Assembly (NCBI GenBank): GCA_965232515.1 | Contig: CBDDPY010000002.1 | Location: 224,001-288,000 of the forward strand | From: Alphaproteobacteria bacterium | Lineage (GTDB): Bacteria; Pseudomonadota; Alphaproteobacteria; GCA-2731375 | DNA: 64,000 bases | Direction of reading: 5' to 3' | The notes under the pieces: model-generated | Told to the model about the DNA's origin: nothing | Databases searched by the model: none | What the model saw: only the letters and a program-made list of their open reading frames with translations | Shown: one piece after another, positions 53,021 to 62,454 of the stretch | Position numbering within the stretch: position 1 is the stretch's first letter | Layout: the number at the start of each line of letters is the position of its first letter | Translations under genes and position numbers: made by a program

Positions 53021-54742
53021 ATGAACAAGAACTCCGCCCTGTCGCAGATCCACATGCAGATCATGTGGGACCGTCTGATCGCCGTGGTCGAGGAGCAGGC
53101 GCAGACGCTGATCCGCACCGCCTTCTCGAACACCGTGCGCGAGGCCGGCGACCTCTCGGCCGGCGTCTTCGACATGCAGGGCCGCATGCTGGCCCAGGCC
53201 GTCACCGGCACGCCCGGCCACGTCAACGCCATGGCCGCCTCGGTCGGCTTCTTCCTCGAGAAGTTCCCGGCCGAAACCATGCGCGAGGGCGACATCTACA
53301 TCACCAACGACCCCTGGTTCGGCACCGGCCACCTGCACGACTTCACGGTTGTCACGCCGACCTTCCGCCAGGGCCGCATGGTGGCGCTGTTCGCCTGTAC
53401 CAGCCACGTGGTCGACGTCGGCGGCATCGGCTTTGGCCCCGACGGCCGGCAGGTCTACGAGGAGGGGATCTACATTCCTATCATGCCGATGGCGCGCCAG
53501 GGCGTGATGAACGAGTCGCTGTTCGAGATCGTCCGCGCCAACGTGCGCGAGCCGATCGTTGTCGAGGGCGACCTCTATTCGCTCGCCGCCTGCAACGACA
53601 TCGGCGGTCGGCGTCTGGTCGAGATGATGGACGAGTTCGACCTCGACGACCTCGACAATCTCGGCGACTACGTGATCCGCAACTCCGAGCAGGCCATGCT
53701 GGCCGAGATCGCGAAGCTGCCGAAGGGCGTCTACAAGCACTCGATGCGCATCGACGGCTACGACCGCGACGTCGATCTGGTGGCGACGCTCACCGTGCAT
53801 GACGATGGACGCGGCATCGAAATCGATTTCGACGGCACCTCGCCGATCTCCGATTTCGGCATCAACGTGCCGATCACCTACACCCAGGCTTACGCAACGT
53901 TTGGCGTGCGCTGCGTCGTCGGCTCGTCGATCCCCAATAACGCCGGCTCGCTGTCGGCCGTGCACGTGACGTCGCCGGAAGGCTCGATCCTGAACGCGCC
54001 GCATCCCTGCGCCGTCGCCGCCCGTCACGCCATCGGCCAGTTGCTGCCCGACGTCGTGCTCGGCTGCCTGCATCAGGCCGTCGACGGCATGGCCCCGGCG
54101 GAAGGCACGTCCTGCCTTTGGAACCCGATCCTCTACGGCGCGCACGGCATGGTCGAAGGCTTCGGCAACGCGACGCCCTTCACCGTCACCATGTTCCACA
54201 ATGGCGGCACCGGCGCCCGGCCCAACAAGGACGGTCTGTCGGCGACGGCTTTTCCCTCCGGCGTACGCAACACGCCGGTCGAGATCAACGAAGCCATCGC
54301 GCCGGTCATCGTGCTGCGCAAGGAATACCGCGAGGACTCCGGCGGTCCCGGCAACTGGCGCGGCGGCACCGGCCAGGTCATGCAGATCGCCAGCCGCGAA
54401 TCCGCCCCGTTCATCATCTCGTCCATGTTCGACCGCGTGAAGCATCCGCCGCGCGGCCGCAACGGCGGCAGCAACGGGCGCAACGGCCGCATGTACGTCT
54501 CCTCGGGCAAGGAGTTCAAAGCCAAGGGCCGCCAAACCGTGCCGGCGGGCGATGTCCTGACGCTGGAGATGCCAGGCGGCGGCGGCTACGGCGACCCCAA
54601 AAACCGCGATCCCGAACGCGTCGCCCGTGACGTCCGCGACGGCCTCGTCAGCCGCGAGGCCGCGCTCCAGGATTACGGCGTCGCCCTCAACGACGACGGC
54701 AGCGTCGACCCGACCGCCACCGCCAAGGCCCGCGCCGCCTGA
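53021..54742 (+). CDS. Hydantoinase B / 5-oxoprolinase family subunit
   Basis: NDPWFGTGHLHD, HVVDVGG, DSGGPG..RGG, PGGGGYGDP. Confidence 0.93.
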   Translation: MNKNSALSQIHMQIMWDRLIAVVEEQAQTLIRTAFSNTVREAGDLSAGVFDMQGRMLAQAVTGTPGHVNAMAASVGFFLEKFPAETMREGDIYITNDPWFGTGHLHDFTVVTPTFRQGRMVALFACTSHVVDVGGIGFGPDGRQVYEEGIYIPIMPMARQGVMNESLFEIVRANVREPIVVEGDLYSLAACNDIGGRRLVEMMDEFDLDDLDNLGDYVIRNSEQAMLAEIAKLPKGVYKHSMRIDGYDRDVDLVATLTVHDDGRGIEIDFDGTSPISDFGINVPITYTQAYATFGVRCVVGSSIPNNAGSLSAVHVTSPEGSILNAPHPCAVAARHAIGQLLPDVVLGCLHQAVDGMAPAEGTSCLWNPILYGAHGMVEGFGNATPFTVTMFHNGGTGARPNKDGLSATAFPSGVRNTPVEINEAIAPVIVLRKEYREDSGGPGNWRGGTGQVMQIASRESAPFIISSMFDRVKHPPRGRNGGSNGRNGRMYVSSGKEFKAKGRQTVPAGDVLTLEMPGGGGYGDPKNRDPERVARDVRDGLVSREAALQDYGVALNDDGSVDPTATAKARAA

Positions 54743-54748
54743 CCTGCA

Positions 54749-54876
54749 GGCCCTCACCCTCCCACGCGACTGGCGTCGCGCGGGTCCCTCCCTCTCCCGC
54801 AAGCGGGAGAGGGGTTACAAACCGCAGCGATAACGGCTCCCTCTCCCGCTTGCGGGAGAGGGTTGGGGTGAGGGCC
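54749..54876. repeat. REP/REPIN-like palindromic element (CCCTCTCCC...GGGAGAGGG family)
   Basis: Outer IR GGCCCTCACCC/GGGTGAGGGCC enclosing CCCTCTCCCGC-AA-GCGGGAGAGGG (54790-54813) and its exact reverse complement (54839-54862). Confidence 0.85.
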
Positions 54877-54895
54877 AACGGCGGCGCTTTAGGTT

Positions 54896-55891
54896 TCAGG
54901 CGGAGGCGCGCACCGCCTCGCTCGGTATCAGTGCCAGCGCGTCGCGCAGCACATCGGCATCCGCGCCGGGCTTGTTCGCGTTCTCGCTCAGATGCCGGCG
55001 CCAGGCGCGGGCGCCGGGCAGGCCCTGGAACAGCCCCATCAGGTGCCGGCTGATGGCGTTGAGGCGGGTGCCGCGCGCCAGTTCGGCCTCGACGTAGGGG
55101 ATCAGCGCCTCGATCACCTGCGCCCGCGTGCGTGGCGGTCGCACATCGCCATAGAACAGCGCATCGACCTCGGCCAACGCATAGGGGTTCTGATAGGCCT
55201 CGCGGCCGACCATCACGCCGTCGACGTGATCCATCTGCGCCCGGCAGTCGGCGAGCGACCGCAGGCCGCCGTTGATGACGATCTCCAGCTCAGGCCGCTC
55301 CCGCTTCAGCCGGTGCACCACCTCATAACGCAAAGGCGGGATCTCCCGGTTCTGCTTCGGGCTCAGGCCCGAGAGGATCGCCTTGCGCGCATGCACGATG
55401 AACGTCGTGCAGCCGGCGTCCGCGACCGTGTCGATGAACCGCCGGAGGTCGTCATAGCTGTCCCGGTCGTCGATGCCGATCCGCGACTTCACCGTCACCG
55501 GCAGCGCCGTCGCCCTCCGCATGGCGGCGACGCAGGCGGCTACCGTTTCGGGCTCGGCCATCAGGCAGGCGCCGAACCGGCCCGACTGCACCCGGTCGCT
55601 CGGGCAGCCGACATTGATGTTGATCTCGTCGTAGCCATAGCCCTCGGCGATCTCGGCGCAGACCGCCATCTTGTCCGACTCGGCCCCGCCGATCTGCAGC
55701 CCAACCGGATGCTCGGCCGCATCGAATCCCAGCAGCCGGTCGCGCGGCCCGTGCAGGATCGCGTCCGCCACCACCATCTCGGTATAGAGCAACGCCCGGC
55801 GCGTGATCAGCCGCAGGAAGAACCGCTCATGGCGGTCCGTCCAGTCCATCATCGGCGCGACGGAAAACCTGCGGTCTAGGTGGGAGGACAT
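54896..55891 (-). CDS. dusA: tRNA dihydrouridine(20/20a) synthase DusA
   Basis: FSVAPMMDWTDRH, NINVGCPSDRVQ, HARKAILSGLSPKQNR. Confidence 0.96.
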   Translation of the reverse strand: MSSHLDRRFSVAPMMDWTDRHERFFLRLITRRALLYTEMVVADAILHGPRDRLLGFDAAEHPVGLQIGGAESDKMAVCAEIAEGYGYDEININVGCPSDRVQSGRFGACLMAEPETVAACVAAMRRATALPVTVKSRIGIDDRDSYDDLRRFIDTVADAGCTTFIVHARKAILSGLSPKQNREIPPLRYEVVHRLKRERPELEIVINGGLRSLADCRAQMDHVDGVMVGREAYQNPYALAEVDALFYGDVRPPRTRAQVIEALIPYVEAELARGTRLNAISRHLMGLFQGLPGARAWRRHLSENANKPGADADVLRDALALIPSEAVRASA

Positions 55892-55905
55892 GGGCGTCGG
55901 CCGGG

Positions 55906-56685
55906 CTACCGCAGTGCGTCGGGAATCATGCAGACCGGGATCGGCTCCATCTTGTGCTTGTTCGCGGTATTCAGGCGGCGGTAGATGGCCAGCACCTCGG
56001 TCTGCCGGTTGTCGAGCCCCGACTCGTCGCCGTCGAAGCGCATGGCCCATTCGAGTTCGGGATAGCTGGCGCCGATCTGGTCCTCGTCCGTGCGGTCGTC
56101 GCCCCAAAGCCCGTCGGTGGGCGCCGCCGTCAGGATGGCCTCGTTGACGTCGAGCGCGCGGCCGAGTTCATAAACTTCGGTCTTCACCAGATCGGCGATG
56201 GGGCTGAGATCGACACCGCCGTCACCGTACTTGGTGAAGAAGCCGATACCGAAATCCTCGACCTTGTTGCCGGTGCCGACTACGAGGCGGCCTTGCAAAG
56301 CGGCGAAGTAATAGAGCGTCGTCATGCGCAGGCGGGCGCGGGTGTTGACCAGCGACATCTCGCGCCGGGCGTCGTCGGGGCTGTCCGGCAGCGCCGCGAT
56401 CAGGCGGTCGAAAACGTCGGTCAGCTCGACCTCCACGCTCCCGACATTCTCGTAGCGCTGTTTCAGGGATTCGATGTGTTCCCGGGCGCGGGTCACCTGG
56501 TTCTGGCTCTGGTGGATCGGCATTTCCACCACCAGCAAGGGCAGGCCGGTGCGCGCGGCCAGTGTCGAGGAGACGGCGGAATCGATCCCGCCGGAGACGC
56601 CGATCACGAACCCGCCCGTACCGGCGCCCTGGCCGTAGTCCCTGAGCCAGCCCGTTATGTGCTCGATGACCGCTTCGGTCTGCAT
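55906..56685 (-). CDS. nadE: NH3-dependent NAD+ synthetase (single domain)
   Basis: GVSGGIDS, RARLRM, GTGNKVE, GFFTKYGDGG, PTDGLW; no glutaminase domain. Confidence 0.95.
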   Translation of the reverse strand: MQTEAVIEHITGWLRDYGQGAGTGGFVIGVSGGIDSAVSSTLAARTGLPLLVVEMPIHQSQNQVTRAREHIESLKQRYENVGSVEVELTDVFDRLIAALPDSPDDARREMSLVNTRARLRMTTLYYFAALQGRLVVGTGNKVEDFGIGFFTKYGDGGVDLSPIADLVKTEVYELGRALDVNEAILTAAPTDGLWGDDRTDEDQIGASYPELEWAMRFDGDESGLDNRQTEVLAIYRRLNTANKHKMEPIPVCMIPDALR

Positions 56686-56826
56686 CCTGCGTTCTCCCTT
56701 CTCGGCCCGGCGATGGCGCGCCTCGACATATGGCGCGCGCGATTAAAGCGAACGCATTGATAGCGAGAAAGAATCATCGGAGTCCATCATCCGGGCGGCC
56801 GAATGATGACCGGACACCGACGCAGA

Positions 56827-57833
56827 TCAGTCCTCGGTTGGCTTTCGCCGTCCGGCGGTCACAGAGGGCAGCTCGCCGAACCGGTGCCGGTAGGCGGCCG
56901 AGAAACGGCCCATATGCCCGAACCCCCAGCGCCCGGCGGTCTCGGTCACGCTGCCGTCGCCCGCCAATTTCTCGAGTTCGTCGCGGACACGATCGAGACG
57001 GGCTTGCTTGACATAGCCCATCGGCGTGGTGCCGACGAAACCACGGAAATGATGATAGAGCGTTCGTGCCGGCACGCCGGACACGGCCACCAGGTCCGCT
57101 AGGCCGATCGGCTGATCGAGGCTGGCGTGAATGTAGTCGATGGCGCGCTTGACGTCCCGTGGCCGCACGCGGTTCGCCCCGTTCCGAAGCGCCTCGCTGT
57201 AGTTATTGGGCTGCTCCATCAGCAGCAGCGTCATCAGGAACTGCTCGAACTGCGCCACCACGAGCGGATTAGCGTCGACCGACGCTTTCGGCTCGAATTC
57301 CTGCGCCGCGTAGTGCACCGCATTGGCGAGACGCCGGCCGCTCAGCCGCGCCGGATCGACATTGGGCGCAAAGGCGAGGCGTTCGGCCGGCTGCTCACCC
57401 AGCATGACACCGAGATGCCTGCTCAGTGCGTCGGGCCTGATGGAAACCAGCAGCCGTCGCTGGTGGTCAGACTGTTCCGATTGGACGGCGATACGACGGC
57501 GGCACGGCCCGCTTGGCAATGGACGGCATGATTGCCGGTACGAAGGGCGATCCAGCCGCCCAGCGGCACATGAACGGCGTAGTCGGCGTCAAGCGGCTCC
57601 AGCGCCGACATCTCCATCCCGACACCGTATTCCATATAGCCGATATACATGCGCGGCAGGTAGACGCCATCGATCGCGGCCTTGCAACGCGCGTCGTCGG
57701 CGCTTGCCTGCGCTGGCCGGATGTCGATGTCCTTCACGCCGAGGAAGGCGCGCACCTCGTCGATGGAATCGCTGCGCAGCACGCTGTGCTCGTGCAGCGG
57801 TGTGTCGGCTGACAAATGGGGTCCTGTCGCCAT
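56827..57833 (-). pseudogene. AraC-family regulator split by a frameshift near 57445-57470
   Basis: Ligand-binding N-half (MATGPHL...SLTTSDGC) stops at 57423; C-half with HTH (RRLLVSIR...WGFGHMGRFSAAYRHRFGELPS) is in another frame. Confidence 0.8.
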
Positions 57834-58026
57834 GCGCGTGGGCCTTTCCGCACTTCTGACATCGACGGTGCCGAAAGAACAGCATGCATCGCGAACCTTG
57901 CATATGATGAACCTCACAAACCGGGTGCAGGCGACGGTAGGGTCGCCGATGGCCAGGGGATCATTCGCCTCGACGTAGGCCCGTCGCGGCGTTAGGCTCG
58001 GCGGCGCCGAAAACTGGCGTCGCATT

Positions 58027-58063
58027 TGCTCACAAGGCAAGCAAGGTGCCCGGTTTTTGGGCT
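58027..58063 (+). promoter_or_regulatory. Tandem NtrC-like enhancer sites
   Basis: TGCTC-N7-AAGCA (58027-58043) and TGCCC-N7-GGGCT (58047-58063), 20 bp apart, upstream of a sigma54 promoter. Confidence 0.6.
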
Positions 58064-58108
58064 GTCTCCGGAACGCCGGCGCTTTCAGACCGGCGGTTCC
58101 TCGGTCGG

Positions 58109-58124
58109 TGGCACGAGACTTGCT
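58109..58124 (+). promoter_or_regulatory. Sigma54 promoter
   Basis: TGGCACG-AGAC-TTGCT matches the TGGCACG-N4-TTGCW consensus exactly. Confidence 0.8.
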
Positions 58125-58176
58125 GCCCAACGGGATCGAGGGTTCGCAGAGACGAGAACAGGGAGAGAGGACAGGA

Positions 58177-59199
58177 ATGACTAGATCGATGGCCTTGCGC
58201 GCCGCCGTGCTCACCGCCGCCGTGTCGCTGACCGCCGTTCCGGCCCATGCCGATGTCGATATCAAGTTCACGCTCGACTGGAAGTTCCAGGGACCGACCG
58301 CGGCGTTCCTTGTGGCCGCCGACAAGGGCTACTACGCCGAGGAGGGCCTCGACGTCTCGATCGACAGCGGCAACGGCTCGGCCGGCGCCGTCACCCGGGT
58401 CGCCGGCGGCGCCTATCAGATGGGTTTCGCCGACATCAATGCGCTGGTCGATTTCAACGCCAAGAATCCCGGCCAGTCGGTCAAGGCCGTGATGATGGCC
58501 TATGACGCGCCGCCGTTCTCGCTGTTCACGCTGCGCAAGAACAAGATCGAGAAGGCCGAAGACCTGGTCGGGCGCAAGCTCGGCGCACCGGTCTTCGACG
58601 CTTCGTACAAGCTGTTTCCGGCCTTCGCCCACCAGACCGGCATCGATGAGGCGGCGGTCGAGCGGGTCAACATGGACCCGGCCCTGCGCGAGACCATGCT
58701 GGTGCGCGGCGAGGTCGACTTCATCTCCGGCCATTTCTTCTCGTCCATGCTGGACCTGAAGTCGAAGGGCGTGGCCGAGGACGACATCAGGTATTTCCTC
58801 TACGCCGATTACGGCATGGATTTCTACGGCAACGCGGTGATCGCCAGCGCCAAGTTCATGGTCGAGCAGCCGGACGCCGTCGCCGGCTTCATCCGCGCCA
58901 CCGTGAAAGGCTGGAAGGACGTCATTGCCGACCCCGAAGGCGCGGTCGACGTCGTCGCCAAGAGCGACCCGCTGATCGACAAGAAACTCGAGCTTGAGCG
59001 TCTGCAGCTGGCGCTCGACGTCAACGTGCTGACGCCGCATGTGCAGAAGAACGGTATCGGCGACGTGGACGAGGACCGGCTGCGCAGCGCCATCGCCCAG
59101 CTCGCCATCGCCTACGGCCTGACGGCGACGCCCGCGCCGGCCGACGTCTGGACCTCCGACTTCCTGCCGCCGGCGAAAGACCGGATGCTGTCGCGCTGA
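58177..59199 (+). CDS. ABC substrate-binding protein, NMT1/THI5/SsuA-like
   Basis: Signal peptide, FTLDWKFQG, KGYYAEEGLDV, YGNAVIA. Confidence 0.9.
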   Translation: MTRSMALRAAVLTAAVSLTAVPAHADVDIKFTLDWKFQGPTAAFLVAADKGYYAEEGLDVSIDSGNGSAGAVTRVAGGAYQMGFADINALVDFNAKNPGQSVKAVMMAYDAPPFSLFTLRKNKIEKAEDLVGRKLGAPVFDASYKLFPAFAHQTGIDEAAVERVNMDPALRETMLVRGEVDFISGHFFSSMLDLKSKGVAEDDIRYFLYADYGMDFYGNAVIASAKFMVEQPDAVAGFIRATVKGWKDVIADPEGAVDVVAKSDPLIDKKLELERLQLALDVNVLTPHVQKNGIGDVDEDRLRSAIAQLAIAYGLTATPAPADVWTSDFLPPAKDRMLSR

Positions 59200-59239
59200 A
59201 CCGGCGAGGCTTTTCTGGGGTGGGGGCGCGTCCGTCGCC

Positions 59240-60028
59240 GTGACCGCGTTCATCGAGCTTGAGCGCATCACCATGACCTATGGCGGCGCCGGTACGGATA
59301 CGCCGGCGGTCGAAGACGCGTCGTTGACCATCGGCCGGGGCGAGTTCGTCGCCCTGGTCGGCCCGTCCGGCTGCGGCAAGTCCTCGTTGCTGAAGATCGT
59401 CTCCGGGCTGATGCCGGCGGATTCCGGCATCGCCCGGGTCGACGGCGAGACCGTGTCCCGGCCGCTGACCATAGTCGGCATGGCCTTCCAGAACGCGACC
59501 CTGCTGCCCTGGCGGACGACGCTCGAAAACGTGCTGTTGCCGCTCGAAGTCAGCCGGACCCACCGCGGCTCGTTCCGACGCAAGCGCGCCGAGCACGTCC
59601 AGGCGGCGCGGGCCTTGCTCAAGACGGTGGGCTTGGAAGGCTACGAAGACCATGCGCCCTACGAACTGTCCGGTGGCATGCAACAACGTGCGTCGCTCTG
59701 CCGGTCCCTGATCCATGCGCCGGATTTGCTGCTGCTCGACGAGCCGTTCGCGGCCCTCGACGCCTTCACCCGGGAAGAGCTCTGGGACGTGCTGCAGGCG
59801 CTGTGGCAGGCGCGGAAGTTCACGGTCATCCTGGTCACCCACGATTTGCGCGAGGCGGTCTACCTCGCCGACCGGGTCTATGTCGTCAGCAAGCGGCCGG
59901 GCCGCATCGTCTATGAACGCCCGGTGCCGTTGCCGCGGCCGCGCACGCTGGAGTCGACGTTCGATCAGGATTTCATCGATCTGGTGCATACGCTGCGCGA
60001 CCATATCGGCGAGGTGCGGGCGGCATGA
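59240..60028 (+). CDS. NitT/TauT-type ABC ATPase
   Basis: GPSGCGKS, LLPWRT, LSGGMQQR, DEPFAALDAFTRE. Confidence 0.93.
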   Translation: MTAFIELERITMTYGGAGTDTPAVEDASLTIGRGEFVALVGPSGCGKSSLLKIVSGLMPADSGIARVDGETVSRPLTIVGMAFQNATLLPWRTTLENVLLPLEVSRTHRGSFRRKRAEHVQAARALLKTVGLEGYEDHAPYELSGGMQQRASLCRSLIHAPDLLLLDEPFAALDAFTREELWDVLQALWQARKFTVILVTHDLREAVYLADRVYVVSKRPGRIVYERPVPLPRPRTLESTFDQDFIDLVHTLRDHIGEVRAA

Positions 60029-60786
60029 TCTCAGGCGTCAAGCTCGCGCCGTGGCTGGCGACCGTCGGTCTGTTCCTGTTCTGGGAGGCCGTCTGCCGCC
60101 TGTTCTCGGTGCCGGAATTCATCCTGCCGGCGCCCAGTCAGGCGATTGGCGCCCTGATCCAGTACTGGCCGGCGATCTGGCAGAACGCGTTTTATACGTT
60201 TTGGGTGACGCTGGTCGGCTTCGGCCTCGCCGTTGTCTTCGGCTTGGCGCTGGGGCTGATCACCGGCGCCTCGGCGCTCGTTTATTCGGCGATCTATCCC
60301 ATGCTGGTCGGCTTCAACAGCATTCCGAAGGTGGCGATCGTGCCGGTGCTTGTGGTCTGGTTCGGCATCGGCACCATTCCGGCCATCCTGACCGCCTTCA
60401 CGATCTCATTCTTTCCCATCGTCGTGAACGTCGCCACCGGCCTCGCGACGCTGGAACCGGAACTGCGCGACGTGCTGCGCTCGCTCGGCGCGCGCAAGAT
60501 CGACATCCTGCTGAAAGTGGGCATCCCCCGCTCGATGCCCTACTTCTTCGCCTCGCTGAAAGTCGCCATCACGCTCGCCTTCGTCGGCACGGTGATCTCC
60601 GAGACAGTCGCCGGCAATGCCGGCATGGGCCATTTGATGCTGACGGCGTCATCCAGCTTCCGCGTGCCGCTGGTCTTCGCCGGGCTGCTGGTCATCGCCG
60701 TCATGGGCGTCGGCATGTACGCCATCTTCGCGCTGGTCGAGCGCCGTTGGGTCGGCTGGGCCTTCCGCGGCGCCGAAACGAGCTAG
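60025..60786 (+). CDS. NitT/TauT-type ABC permease
   Basis: ILPAPS, PKVAIVP, WFGIG, SMPYFF. Confidence 0.92.
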   Translation: MISGVKLAPWLATVGLFLFWEAVCRLFSVPEFILPAPSQAIGALIQYWPAIWQNAFYTFWVTLVGFGLAVVFGLALGLITGASALVYSAIYPMLVGFNSIPKVAIVPVLVVWFGIGTIPAILTAFTISFFPIVVNVATGLATLEPELRDVLRSLGARKIDILLKVGIPRSMPYFFASLKVAITLAFVGTVISETVAGNAGMGHLMLTASSSFRVPLVFAGLLVIAVMGVGMYAIFALVERRWVGWAFRGAETS

Positions 60787-60857
60787 CGGCGGATCCAGGT
60801 TGCTGCCTTAATAGGAATAGTCTCTATTCGGCGTGTCGGGCACCGCCGGTTGGCGCC

Positions 60858-60903
60858 TTGACATCGGATAGGGCCGATGCAGAATACATACTGACCAGTC
60901 GGT
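60858..60903 (+). promoter_or_regulatory. Sigma70-like promoter with an adjacent palindromic operator
   Basis: TTGACA (60858-60863), 16 bp, CAGAAT; then ACTGAC-CA-GTCGGT (60890-60903), a TetR-type palindrome. Confidence 0.5.
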
Positions 60904-60936
60904 TTGTTAATTGATGCGAGCGACGGTTTGACCGCC

Positions 60937-61727
60937 ATGGCCGATCAGCACCGCGACGAGACGGGCGCCGCGCTGCTGCGCGTCAGCGGCCTGTCGCGGA
61001 ATTTCTATGGCGTGCAGGCCATTCAGGCCGCCGATCTGGAGGTGCGTCCCGGCACCATCACCGGCCTGATCGGGCCCAATGGCGCCGGCAAAACCACGCT
61101 GTTCAACTGCATTTCGGGCGTCATTCCGCCCGATGCGGGCCGGGTCATCTTCGATAGCGAGGACATCACCGGCTGGCGGCCGGAGCGCATCTCGCGGCGC
61201 GGCATGGTGCGGACCTTTCAGATTGCCCGTGGCTTGCCGCGCCTGACAGTGCTGGAAAACCTGCTGCTCTATGGCATCGACCAGCCGGGCGAGCATCTGG
61301 GTCGTTTGTTCCTGCTGCCCGGCGCTGTGTCGAAGCGCGAAGCCGAACTGACCGACCAGGCGATTGCGATTGCCGACAAGCTACGTTTGACCGAGGTCCT
61401 GAACAACCGGGCCGACGAAGTTTCAGGCGGGCAGAAAAAACTGCTCGAAATCGGCCGGGCGCTGATGACCCGGCCGAAGCTCATTCTGCTCGACGAGCCC
61501 ATTGCCGGCGTCAACCCGAGCCTGGCGTCGGAAATCGCCGACCAGCTCGTGCGCCTTCGGGAAGAGGAGGGCCTGACCTTCCTCATCATCGAGCACGACA
61601 TGGACCTGATCGCGCGGCTTTGCGATCCCGTCACCGTCATGGCCAACGGCCGGCGCCTGGCCGAGGGCAGCTTCGACGAGATCACCCATAACCCGGATGT
61701 CCAGGAAGCCTATCTCGGGAGCCGCAA

Positions 61728-61740
<13 letters not shown>
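60937..61740 (+). CDS. Liv-type ABC ATPase (LivG-like)
   Basis: GPNGAGKTT, RTFQ, SGGQKKLLE, IEHDM, AYLG. Confidence 0.92.
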
Positions 61741-62435
<695 letters not shown>

Positions 62436-62454
62436 CGAAAAGAAGGAGGCGTAT

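Noticed and set aside
50928-54802. Long minus-strand ORFs (693 and 609 aa) opposite hydantoinase A/B
   Set aside because: Antisense shadows with boundaries matching the real genes.
54749-54876. Possible mini-CRISPR (two 24-bp near-identical units with a spacer)
   Set aside because: Only two units, they are inverted palindromes inside a larger IR, and there are no cas genes or leader.
55800-55910. dusA 5' end as a genomic-island integration site
   Set aside because: dusA is a known hotspot, but no integrase, att duplication or island is visible; nadE abuts it directly.
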